Part shown: positions 19,474 to 27,937 of the stretch, piece after piece | How positions within the stretch are numbered: the first letter of the stretch is position 1 | Layout: each line of letters opens with the position of its first letter | NCBI GenBank assembly: GCA_964013405.1 | Contig: CAXGWI010000014.1 | Coordinates: forward strand, 1 to 43,743 | From: an uncultured Myxococcales bacterium | GTDB lineage: Bacteria; Myxococcota; UBA4151 | Direction of reading: 5' to 3' | DNA: 43,743 nucleotides | Notes under the pieces: generated by a model | What the model was told of the DNA's origin: nothing | The model's input: the letters and a program-made list of their open reading frames with translations, nothing else | Databases searched by the model: none | Made by a program: the position numbers and the translations under genes

Positions 19474-19620
19474 TTAGAGCCAGCGGGCTAACCCTTGCGA
19501 TTTCAGTAGCTTGAAGCGACACATTCAAGGTGCAGGAAGCACGATGATGCAGAAAGTGCCGATCACTGACACCGATTTAGGGCAAGGCCTGTCAGAGGAG
19601 GCACAGCCAAGGACTGGGAA

Positions 19621-19648
19621 GAAACACAAAACCGCCCGAGATGGGCGG
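19621..19648 (-). terminator. Intrinsic terminator downstream of the Cys-rich lipoprotein gene
   Basis: CCGCCC-GAGAT-GGGCGG hairpin (19632-19648) followed on the minus strand by TTTTGTGTTTC. Confidence 0.65.
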
Positions 19649-19692
19649 CCCTGTGCTGACTTCGAAGAATCGCTCTTCTTAGTCGCTATGAT

Positions 19693-21435
19693 TTACTGGC
19701 AGTCTGCAGCGATAGCACAGAAGCGGCTGCCTGGATCCTCGCAAGTCCCATTGACACATTCCCAGCGGGGGTCGTCACAGTCCTCAGCGTTCGCACACTC
19801 ACCACCACGTTGCAGCGTCACACAGCAGTTATCGCCGCCACAGATCTCCTGGTCTTCCGCACAACTCTGACTGCAGTACCACAGGTTAGCGTTGCGCATG
19901 CTCCGCGTACAGAAGCGATCCTGACCACAGGCCGCTGGATCGTTTTGGTCACATGGGTCACCGATTTCACCCTGCTCGACCGGTGCCCAACGCTCGCCAG
20001 GACCGCAAACACGCCCAGGGTAGTCCTCTGGCAACTCCGGATGGCGACTCGCGTCCATACAGGTCATGCCTTCGAGTTGCGCACAGTCCTCATCATCATC
20101 GCAGAACCATGTACAGAAGCTCTGTCCATTTTGCGGCATGTTGTCCTGGTACCAACTGGCATCGCCCACAGCTGCACCATCGAAGGTCCGATGGATACAT
20201 GTGGCCTGGCGCCCTTCTACCGGTGCACAGTCCAAGGGAGAACGACAAGCAGCCCCTGGCTCGGCCGGGTCGTGCTCCGCCTCACCCTCTCCAGCGGGAA
20301 TCCCGCCAGGGTGACAAGCATTGAAGAAGCAGCCGCCAGCCCGTGGGCAGTCCTCATGGGCCTCGCAAGGCCTAATGTCCGGACGCATGTTCTCCTCAAG
20401 CTGGGGACACTCCCCTTCTGCTCGACAGAGACCTTCATCTTCACCCGGCAACTGCTGGCAGCACGCCCCGGCGGGGCAGTCTGAAGCATAGGAGCACGTG
20501 CTCGTACAGAATCGGGGCGGATCGACCACGAAGTCGTAGGTGTCGATGCACTGCAGTTCCCCCGTGCACTGGCGGTCCGAACAATTCTGGTACCAGATGG
20601 CGGGCGGCGGCCCGGTGTCTGGTCCAAGATCCTTCGTCGTCGCGTCCGGCCGGGTGTCTGGAACACCCGCATCAAGCAGAGCAGTATCCGGGTCGCTTAC
20701 ATCAGGGATACCAGCGTCGTTGGCACCGATATCCATCGGCGGGCCAGCGTCGAAGATACCCGCGTCATCGTTGCCTAGATCGGGGAACGGGATATCCGGA
20801 AGTGCGAGCCGGACGTCCAGGAGCCCACTATCGTAGGAGCCGGAGTCTCCGGTGCCACCATCGAAATCCAAAGAGCCACCGGCATCGGGCAAGGCCTCAC
20901 CCATACGACCGAGCATATAATCCCCGGATGTGCTCGACGAGGTCGTGAAGTAACGCTCGCCAAAGGCTGTCTCCTGACGAGTCCACTCATCACTCGGGCT
21001 GGCTCGGTGCCAGATCGAGTAGCGCTCAACTTCAGCACCCTCGAAGCCTTGCGGCTCCTGAATGCGAACCGTCGCTGCGGCTGCCAAGGACTTTGACGGC
21101 AGCACGCGCCAACCATGCCCGTTGTGGGAGATCCCAACGTTGCTGGGGCCGGCAGAGATCAAGAAGGTTGAGGGCGGGCAATTAAGTTGGTCATCAGGGT
21201 TGTGAAGAAATTGAAACCGCCCGTCTGCCGTCTCGCAGAGGGCCACTCCAGCATCGCCTTTGCCCGCATCAGCCCGTCTTCCGCCACCCGTCGCCTCCTG
21301 ACAGGTGCCATCGATGCAACGGAACCCAGCACTACAGTCACCGGGCCCATCACAGGGAATACCGGCACCCTGCGGGCAAGCAGCCAGGGCCACTGTGATA
21401 AACACCGTCCCTAGCGATGAAAGTAGATTTCTCAT
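19693..21435 (-). CDS. Cys-rich repeat lipoprotein with a D-A-G/P low-complexity linker
   Basis: Start ATG 21435 (MRNLLSS) after GGGGAG; lipobox LAAC; many C-x(4-5)-C modules; DAG/DSG/DTG linker typical of myxobacterial lipoproteins. Confidence 0.82.
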   Translation of the reverse strand: MRNLLSSLGTVFITVALAACPQGAGIPCDGPGDCSAGFRCIDGTCQEATGGGRRADAGKGDAGVALCETADGRFQFLHNPDDQLNCPPSTFLISAGPSNVGISHNGHGWRVLPSKSLAAAATVRIQEPQGFEGAEVERYSIWHRASPSDEWTRQETAFGERYFTTSSSTSGDYMLGRMGEALPDAGGSLDFDGGTGDSGSYDSGLLDVRLALPDIPFPDLGNDDAGIFDAGPPMDIGANDAGIPDVSDPDTALLDAGVPDTRPDATTKDLGPDTGPPPAIWYQNCSDRQCTGELQCIDTYDFVVDPPRFCTSTCSYASDCPAGACCQQLPGEDEGLCRAEGECPQLEENMRPDIRPCEAHEDCPRAGGCFFNACHPGGIPAGEGEAEHDPAEPGAACRSPLDCAPVEGRQATCIHRTFDGAAVGDASWYQDNMPQNGQSFCTWFCDDDEDCAQLEGMTCMDASRHPELPEDYPGRVCGPGERWAPVEQGEIGDPCDQNDPAACGQDRFCTRSMRNANLWYCSQSCAEDQEICGGDNCCVTLQRGGECANAEDCDDPRWECVNGTCEDPGSRFCAIAADCQ

Positions 21436-21475
21436 CTTAACACTCCCCACAGGCCTCGATATGCCTCTATTTCAG

Positions 21476-21491
21476 AGCAGGATCCATGCCA
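21476..21491 (-). promoter_or_regulatory. Sigma54 (-24/-12) promoter
   Basis: Minus strand TGGCATGGATCCTGCT (GG-N10-GC), 40 nt upstream of ATG 21435. Confidence 0.7.
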
Positions 21492-21590
21492 AATTCGAAA
21501 CGGTTCACAAGCCGCAATTCCAATAGCTTCGGCCGCCCTACTCGCTCCTTACAGCGCAGACTTTGCGCAGATTGATGCTCTCTCTTACCC

Positions 21591-24500
21591 CTACGGCGCT
21601 GACACCGCATAGAAGACGTCATTGTCCGGCGTGTCGGAATCGTCACTCTGCTGCCACAGCACGTGGGCCGCGCCCGAAGCATCAAGGGCGATACTCGGGT
21701 AACGACTGTTCGCAGTCGTGTTATCCTCATCCACTGTCGGCTCACTCAGCACAACGTAGCCCTGGGCGAGCGGCGAATCATCCCGATCATAGCGACGCAG
21801 AATCACATCATAATCGTTACCCGAACTCTGCAGGGAGGCCTTCGACTGGAAGCCGACCACAACGACATGTTCGCCCATCGGGCGATCTGCCACCGCATGG
21901 ACCTTGATAGAGGGGCCGCCGTTCCTGCTGACTTCTTCCTCCATGAAGATCGCTTCATCATTGACCGTCACCGGCGTCGTGAACTGCGGCGCCTGACCTT
22001 CATGCCACGAGAACCGAACAGAGGTGCCACCCACGTCTTGGGCTGCCGCATCCGCACAATCACCCCGGGCTCGGAAAGCAATGTAAGCCCGGTTATTGAG
22101 GTCTTCCATATCGACAGCGATGGATGGTTCCGAGGCCCCGCCGGAGCAGTTTCCGTTGGCAACACGAATCCCCTCCTCGCCGATGACCCGGTAAAGCACG
22201 TCGTCATCATCCACGAGGTCGCCGTCAACATCACCGTTGTCGACCCATGCCACGTGACGACGGTCATCCTTGTCGATGGCGATCACAGCATGCTTCGCAC
22301 CGAAGTCGAGATCTGTGGTTGGCAGATCGCGAGCTGAAATCATGACCGAAGCCCAGCCATCCTGAGCTCGAGCCGAGTAGAACGTTTCGTACTCTCGGGG
22401 CGGATCGAAAGGACCTCCACCAAAGACGACTGCTGGGCCACTCTCACCCACGGCGATGCGGGGGTCCTCCATATCGAAGTCACCCACATCTTCACCGACT
22501 GAAACGACCTCAACAACGCTCAAGCCTTCGGCTCCAGCGGTACCATCCCAGGTCCGATACACAATGTCGCGGCTACCGTCGCGCATTGCGCCGGACCAAA
22601 CAGGAGCCCCACCGGCTCCTTCACGACCGGTACCCGCATCTGACCAAACGATGTGGGCAACGCCATCCGCATCAACAGCCACATCGGGCTGAATAGAAAG
22701 CGCTGTACGCAATCCGTCGATGGCGCCATCAGGTGCGCTTCCCGTCAGGTAGGTGATCACGACGGGTTCACCCCAAGAGCCGTCTTCGCCAACAGTGGCT
22801 GCGTAAACACGCGTGTCAGAGCAGGCATCTGCTCCATCGCAGTGCTGCCAAACCGCATACATGTGACCGTTCGGGCCGATCGCCACCCTCGGGTCAACCG
22901 AGTTGAGACTCGCCTCTTCCGGCGTCAACTGCACGGAAGCACCCGTCTTTGAGAGGTTGATCGTTGTGCGTGACTCGTTGCCGACATTATCCGTAGCGAC
23001 AACCCAAAGCACGAAGTGGTCCCCCTCGTCAGGAATCGTGACCGTTCCGCCGTAGATATCAGATTCACCTTCAACCTGAAGTTCTGGGAAGGGCACACCT
23101 TCGGCTTCGCCCACACCGCCCGTCACCGAGGCGACACCGTTAAAGTTGTCGACAACCTGAACGCGCACGTCGACCTCGCCGGGATCAACCCAAGCGTTGG
23201 GGCGAGGCGAAATAAAGGTGACATCCGGCCCCGCTGAATCAACGTTGAGAAGGCGGGACCGGCCACGGCTGGCTTCGTCTTCGTTCATCGCACTGCTGTT
23301 TCGAGCGCGGTCGATCACGGTGACGTAGAGCTGATTCTGCCCCTCGCCGAGGTCGCAGGCGACGCAATAGCTACCGTCATCCTGAGCCATGCCTTCGCAG
23401 GTACCAATCGGCTCGCCATCAGCGTCGGTATTGGAGATCTGAACCTGAGCGCCGGGCTCCGTTTCACCGCAAACCTGGACCGTCCCACTGTTCGTATTAC
23501 TCCCTTCAATGGTCTCACCGTTTTCATCCTTCACCGTAATCTCGCCAACGGCCGGAGGGGTGAAGTCGAAGACAACCTTCGCAAACTGGTGGGTCGATTC
23601 ACGACCATTGTCGAGACGAGCCCAAACTTCGAGCAGATGTTCGCCCTCGTTTGGGGTATCGACATCCGTCCACGCTCGCTCGACCGAATGACTCCAACTC
23701 ACCTCAGCGCTGGGCTCCTTGATCTGAACCTCATCACCACCGTCCTGCTTCAGGACCACGGCGGAGCCCTCACAGGAGCGACCCTCAAGTGCGTAGGCTC
23801 CCTTTTTAATGACAGGGTCGCCTTCCTCGAGGGTCTTTGAGGTCCAGGCGCAGAAGCCTGGGCGCTCCTCGCCGTTCACTTCGATCAGACAGCCGTTGAC
23901 CTCCGAGAACTCAGCGCCCTCAACAGCCTCGTGTTCCGCGAAACGCATCGTGCAACCGCTCGTGTCGTAATCCACTTGGATGGTCGTCGGTGCGGACTGA
24001 ACTGCGTCCGTCTGCCACGAGAAGAACTCAAAGGTGTTCACGTTGGTGAACCCATCATCGGTCTCAGACAAGGTGATGTCCTCAATGGACCAGTCCGTCC
24101 CCGGCCCCGGCGGCACAACCGTCTCGTCACGCTGAACCACGCCATCGACGGTGATCACCATCCGAATGCCGCTGCCCTCTGGACGAGTCCCGGCCCAGTC
24201 GATGGTTTCCTCCGCATGAATCAACAGGCTACTGTTATCAGGATCAATGCATTCGCCATCAACAAAGCCGCCAACGCAGGCATTCACCACCGGCGCATCG
24301 GGTCGCCGTACCAGTTGAATCGTCGCAATCACCTTCGTACTGCGCTTGCCGCCGTTGTCCACCGCTTCGATCTCAAACTTGTTCTCGCCCTCGACCAACT
24401 CCATTTCGAAGCTGAAGTCAGTGCGCTCGTTCAAGACGACCACTTCGGAACCGTTCGCATGAATGCCTGTACTCGACTGCTTGATGCCAGAGAGTTGAAT

Positions 24501-24671
24501 CTTATCGGAACAACCGTCCTCGATGCACTTCAGCAGGCTTGTTTCGAAGGGGTCCAGAACCGGTGGGTCCGGTCGGTCACCCTCGGTGACTCCACCTCCT
24601 CCACACTCACACCCGCTCGCGGCCGCGAAAAAAGCTACAAATAGAAAAACGGAGCGCTGACGATACGTCAT
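21591..24671 (-). CDS. Large acidic lipoprotein with tandem Ig-like domains and a C-terminal beta-propeller; start may lie up to 24722
   Basis: Lipobox ASGC. Ig-like motifs 'LVEGENKFEIEAVDNGG', 'GETEPGAQV', 'ATDNVGN'. Propeller blades 'P.(V/I)A.D..G..H(I/V).W' recur several times. Confidence 0.82.
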   Translation of the reverse strand: MTYRQRSVFLFVAFFAAASGCECGGGGVTEGDRPDPPVLDPFETSLLKCIEDGCSDKIQLSGIKQSSTGIHANGSEVVVLNERTDFSFEMELVEGENKFEIEAVDNGGKRSTKVIATIQLVRRPDAPVVNACVGGFVDGECIDPDNSSLLIHAEETIDWAGTRPEGSGIRMVITVDGVVQRDETVVPPGPGTDWSIEDITLSETDDGFTNVNTFEFFSWQTDAVQSAPTTIQVDYDTSGCTMRFAEHEAVEGAEFSEVNGCLIEVNGEERPGFCAWTSKTLEEGDPVIKKGAYALEGRSCEGSAVVLKQDGGDEVQIKEPSAEVSWSHSVERAWTDVDTPNEGEHLLEVWARLDNGRESTHQFAKVVFDFTPPAVGEITVKDENGETIEGSNTNSGTVQVCGETEPGAQVQISNTDADGEPIGTCEGMAQDDGSYCVACDLGEGQNQLYVTVIDRARNSSAMNEDEASRGRSRLLNVDSAGPDVTFISPRPNAWVDPGEVDVRVQVVDNFNGVASVTGGVGEAEGVPFPELQVEGESDIYGGTVTIPDEGDHFVLWVVATDNVGNESRTTINLSKTGASVQLTPEEASLNSVDPRVAIGPNGHMYAVWQHCDGADACSDTRVYAATVGEDGSWGEPVVITYLTGSAPDGAIDGLRTALSIQPDVAVDADGVAHIVWSDAGTGREGAGGAPVWSGAMRDGSRDIVYRTWDGTAGAEGLSVVEVVSVGEDVGDFDMEDPRIAVGESGPAVVFGGGPFDPPREYETFYSARAQDGWASVMISARDLPTTDLDFGAKHAVIAIDKDDRRHVAWVDNGDVDGDLVDDDDVLYRVIGEEGIRVANGNCSGGASEPSIAVDMEDLNNRAYIAFRARGDCADAAAQDVGGTSVRFSWHEGQAPQFTTPVTVNDEAIFMEEEVSRNGGPSIKVHAVADRPMGEHVVVVGFQSKASLQSSGNDYDVILRRYDRDDSPLAQGYVVLSEPTVDEDNTTANSRYPSIALDASGAAHVLWQQSDDSDTPDNDVFYAVSAP

Positions 24672-24804
24672 GGGCAAAAGCCTCCAGTCACGTTGGCGGG
24701 ATTGTTTCATGCTCGCGAGCATCTGGCAACCCAGCCCGGTTTAAATCAGCAGCCTTCACATCATACCATCGGTTGGTTTATCCAGTACTTGGGGAACCGA
24801 GCCG

Positions 24805-26691
24805 ATGGCGAAAGACTACTACCTCGCAATTAACGGTCAAGCGGACGGTCCGTTTAGCGAGGCAGAGCTCCGGCGAAGGCTAGCTGATGGCACCTTAAGC
24901 CCGGACACTTTAGCAGCACAGGACGGGGCTGCCACTTGGGAACCCGTCGAAGGCCTCGTGGGCAACCCTGCAACCGAGCCAAAGTCCGTCCGCACGCTCA
25001 GGGCGGTGCGGGATCGGCTGCAGGGCAAGGGCCCAGCCGAACGTCTTGGACTCACTGGAGACCCGCCCGAATCTCTCGTCCGAGAACACCTCCAACGACT
25101 TCAGAAACAACTCCAGAAGCAAATGGCGGAAGCCGAAGGGCCTGTCGCCCAAGGGCTCGCTGATGAAATCGAAGCCCTGCTTGAAGACGCGGCCATCGCA
25201 CTGACCAACCCCCTCGAGCGTTTTATTAGAAGTCGGGCCCAGAGCCTCGGTGTGGATCCGACATCGGAGAGCAACCGAGGCTATATCGTCAATCTCTATT
25301 ACCAAGAAGAGGGCAGCCGTGCGCTGGCCGCAGAACAGTGGGCGAAAGCGGCTGAGTTCTTTGGCAAACTTCTCGAAACCCAGCCGGACAATGTTGATGG
25401 GCAGTGGCAGCATGCCCTGGCTCTTTATCAAGCGAATCCGCTCAAGACGCAGGAGTCCCTGGCCACCCTGCGAAAAGTCGTCGCCGAATATCCCCAGCGT
25501 GTGGAGCCCCTCAGCGCACTCGTGGACCTCCTGATCAGCCTCGGTCGACGAGATGAGGCGCTCAGTCTCCTGAAGACGGCCATGGAGAACAGTGACAAAA
25601 AGGCGAAAATTAAAGCGATCTTCGACCGAGTTAGGGCTTCCGGTGGGTCTGCTGATTCACCACGAGGGCGGGCAGGAACGGCACCTAAACCGACCTCCCG
25701 CAAGTCCACACAGTCAAAAGGGAAGCGCAACACAAAACCTGGCACCTCGAGAGCAGACAGCCTGATCGCCGCAGCATCCGAAGGATCAGGCGAAAAGACC
25801 CATGATGGCATGGCCTTCGTCAAGGTCGCGCTGGTCTGCGCCGCCCTCTTCGGTTGGCTATGGCACGCGTCTACCGCCACTCCGAACCGCTGTTTCCCGG
25901 CCGGCGAGCAGGAGTACTTTTACGATCCTGGAAACTATTATCAGTACGCGGTGCCCGGCGGTGAAAGCACCGGTCAATGCCTGCCGTCGATGAAGCCACG
26001 GCCAGGAAAGAGCTTTTTCAATAACCTAGAGGCGGAACTAGACTGCCGAGGAAAGAACGCTGGCTTAGGCGCCGCAGAACTGCAGCAGCGCTGTGCGCGA
26101 ATTCCCTACCCGGATGCCAGTTCGAGCGTGGGCTCGGCGCAAAACTTCTTTTATGTTCGGCGCTTAGCGCTCCTCTTCATCGGTCTCCTCCTGATCGTTT
26201 TTCTTGGCTCCGGAGAGGGATTTGGTGCCCGCCTGCAGAATGTGGGCTTTGGACTCGACCCCGCCGGGATGGCCGCCGCTGTCTTCTTTGGCCTGGTGCT
26301 AGGCCTGATGGCGCCAACACAGTTCGTCCTCAATGCATCCCTCGGCGGCCTCCTTGGCCTCACCCTTTTGCATGTTCTTTCCGAAGAGGTGTTCTTCCGT
26401 GGCTTCGTCACCCGAAAACTGATGGATCAGTTTGATGCCCCCATGGTGGTGATCGTTGTCTCCGGTCTCATCTTTGGGATCTACCACCTCACCTTTGCTT
26501 CCTTTTACTGGATGGATCCGGGGCGCCTCCCCATGGCCGTTGGGATGCTGACGGTCGGTGCAGGCATCCCCTACGCTTGGCTCTATGTTAAGTCCGAGAG
26601 CATCTTCCCGCCGCTGACATGTCACCTGCTCGTCAACGGCCTCATGATGTGGTCTTCTCACGGGAACGTTCAAGGGCTCCTGGCCGGTTAG
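24805..26691 (+). CDS. Fusion of GYF_2 domain, J-domain-like segment, TPR and CPBP (Abi/CAAX-type) intramembrane protease
   Basis: N-terminus 'YYLAINGQADGPFS..L..GTLSPDTL..W'; TPR helices; multiple TMs with EEVFFRG, FGIYH and HLLVN motifs. Confidence 0.85.
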   Translation: MAKDYYLAINGQADGPFSEAELRRRLADGTLSPDTLAAQDGAATWEPVEGLVGNPATEPKSVRTLRAVRDRLQGKGPAERLGLTGDPPESLVREHLQRLQKQLQKQMAEAEGPVAQGLADEIEALLEDAAIALTNPLERFIRSRAQSLGVDPTSESNRGYIVNLYYQEEGSRALAAEQWAKAAEFFGKLLETQPDNVDGQWQHALALYQANPLKTQESLATLRKVVAEYPQRVEPLSALVDLLISLGRRDEALSLLKTAMENSDKKAKIKAIFDRVRASGGSADSPRGRAGTAPKPTSRKSTQSKGKRNTKPGTSRADSLIAAASEGSGEKTHDGMAFVKVALVCAALFGWLWHASTATPNRCFPAGEQEYFYDPGNYYQYAVPGGESTGQCLPSMKPRPGKSFFNNLEAELDCRGKNAGLGAAELQQRCARIPYPDASSSVGSAQNFFYVRRLALLFIGLLLIVFLGSGEGFGARLQNVGFGLDPAGMAAAVFFGLVLGLMAPTQFVLNASLGGLLGLTLLHVLSEEVFFRGFVTRKLMDQFDAPMVVIVVSGLIFGIYHLTFASFYWMDPGRLPMAVGMLTVGAGIPYAWLYVKSESIFPPLTCHLLVNGLMMWSSHGNVQGLLAG

Positions 26692-26737
26692 GCTACCGGT
26701 TGACTTGCGTTGCCCCATAGGCGAGCAACCCATTGAT

Positions 26738-26812
26738 GGGTCGATAGCTCAGCGGTAGAGCGTCGCCTTTACACGGCGAGGGTCGCAGGTTCGATCCCTG
26801 CTCGACCCACCA
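26738..26812 (+). tRNA. tRNA-Val(TAC)
   Basis: Cloverleaf: acceptor GGGTCGA/TCGACCC, anticodon arm TCGCC-TTTACAC-GGCGA, GGTTCGATCCC T-arm, encoded CCA. Confidence 0.97.
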
Positions 26813-27598
26813 TCAGGTGTCCTGGATCTCCATTTCGCTCGCTAGCGGTTCCGGCTCAAGCCGGCGAACGATTTGGAGCAGGACGTAAATCAAGATGCCG
26901 AAGCAGACGAAAGCCGGGAGGTCATGGATCCAGCCCTCCCAGGGGCCGCGCCCTAAAGCCCAGCCTGTCCACATGCTGATCGCAACCCGCACACCATTGA
27001 TCAACACGGCGATCAAAGGGGCACAGACCACGAGAATGATCGCCGGCCGCTGGCGAAAACGGTCCACAGCGACGAGCAACATGGCCGAAATGAGTGCGAG
27101 CATACTCTCAACCTGGGCAAGACCAGCGCACTTGTCGTTGATCATAAACGGCTCTAGACCACCGTGTTTGGGAGCATCAGCGGTCCAAGGCACGGGCAAC
27201 CAGGTCCCCGTTGAGTCGTAAGGCACACAAAGGGACAATGCACCGCCAAGGAGTGCGGTCACGCGCCGTAAAGGCCAAGCGAGGGGTTCCGCAAGCCAAG
27301 GATCGAGCGGAAGCGTTAGAGCAGCCAAAATGAAGATGGGCCAACGGGGCAGCAACCGGTAACCAAGCCAGGCCAAGGCTAAACTTGGGCCGATGACCGG
27401 AACCAGGCTAAGCCCTACGGTCAAGAGGACCGTGAGCAGAAGGTGACCAGACGCTCGTCGACCTTTAAGTAGGACGATTCCCACAAGCGCCAGGGTCACG
27501 GCGACCCGGAACAGGTGTTGATCGTCGAGGACGTCCGAGCCCCTCGTCCAGGCAGCATAAACGCCCAGAAGGACGAGGGTCGCCCGAGATACGCTCAG
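26813..27598 (-). CDS. Exosortase/archaeosortase-family transpeptidase; start proposed at CTG 27598 (ORF track uses GTG 27499)
   Basis: Multi-TM protein with 'LAWPLRRVTA', catalytic Cys in 'INDKCAGL', Arg in 'LINGVRV' and His in 'WIHDL'. Confidence 0.88.
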   Translation of the reverse strand: MSVSRATLVLLGVYAAWTRGSDVLDDQHLFRVAVTLALVGIVLLKGRRASGHLLLTVLLTVGLSLVPVIGPSLALAWLGYRLLPRWPIFILAALTLPLDPWLAEPLAWPLRRVTALLGGALSLCVPYDSTGTWLPVPWTADAPKHGGLEPFMINDKCAGLAQVESMLALISAMLLVAVDRFRQRPAIILVVCAPLIAVLINGVRVAISMWTGWALGRGPWEGWIHDLPAFVCFGILIYVLLQIVRRLEPEPLASEMEIQDT

Positions 27599-27759
27599 CG
27601 CTTACGCGCGGCCCACCACGTGGCTGCGCCCATCGTAAGCAATGCCAGCGCTGAAGGCTCAGCACCGCCACCACCGCCGCCGCCGCCGCCACCGCCTGCA
27701 TACGCAGCGGAGGCAGCCAAGAAGACCGCAAGTCCGAGAATTAGCTTCGTTGAATTCAT
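27595..27759 (-). CDS. 54-aa PEP-CTERM-like exosortase substrate (signal peptide, Gly11, AEP sorting signal)
   Basis: MNSTKLILGLAVFLAASAAYA-GGGGGGGGGGG-AEPSALALLTMGAATWWAARKR; AGGGAG SD before ATG 27759; directly upstream of the exosortase. Confidence 0.85.
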   Translation of the reverse strand: MNSTKLILGLAVFLAASAAYAGGGGGGGGGGGAEPSALALLTMGAATWWAARKR

Positions 27760-27796
27760 GATGTGCTCCCTGTCGGAGTGTTCCGGACTAGTGCTC

Positions 27797-27811
27797 GCAA
27801 GTCGCGTGCCA
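27797..27811 (-). promoter_or_regulatory. Sigma54 promoter of the exosortase cassette
   Basis: Minus strand TGGCACGCGACTTGC matches the consensus TGGCACG-N4-TTGC exactly. Confidence 0.85.
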
Positions 27812-27937
27812 GCCATATATCACCCCAATATCACCCAACCTAACACCGGCTTAAACGTTACCTTGAAGTGGAATTCGGGCAAAAATTACAAAGTTTTAGG
27901 TCCTGCCCGATTTCGGCGCCGCCCCTGACGGTTTTGG

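Noticed and set aside
19560..19620. Possible c-di-GMP-I riboswitch (GGGCAA..)
   Set aside because: Lacks the GCAAA/GAAA tetraloop/GACGCAAAGC pattern and lies on the strand opposite the downstream gene; an Rfam scan would be decisive.
27515..27928. Plus-strand poly-Pro ORF (137 aa)
   Set aside because: Antisense reading of the poly-Gly codons; the minus-strand gene has the SD, promoter and coherent architecture.
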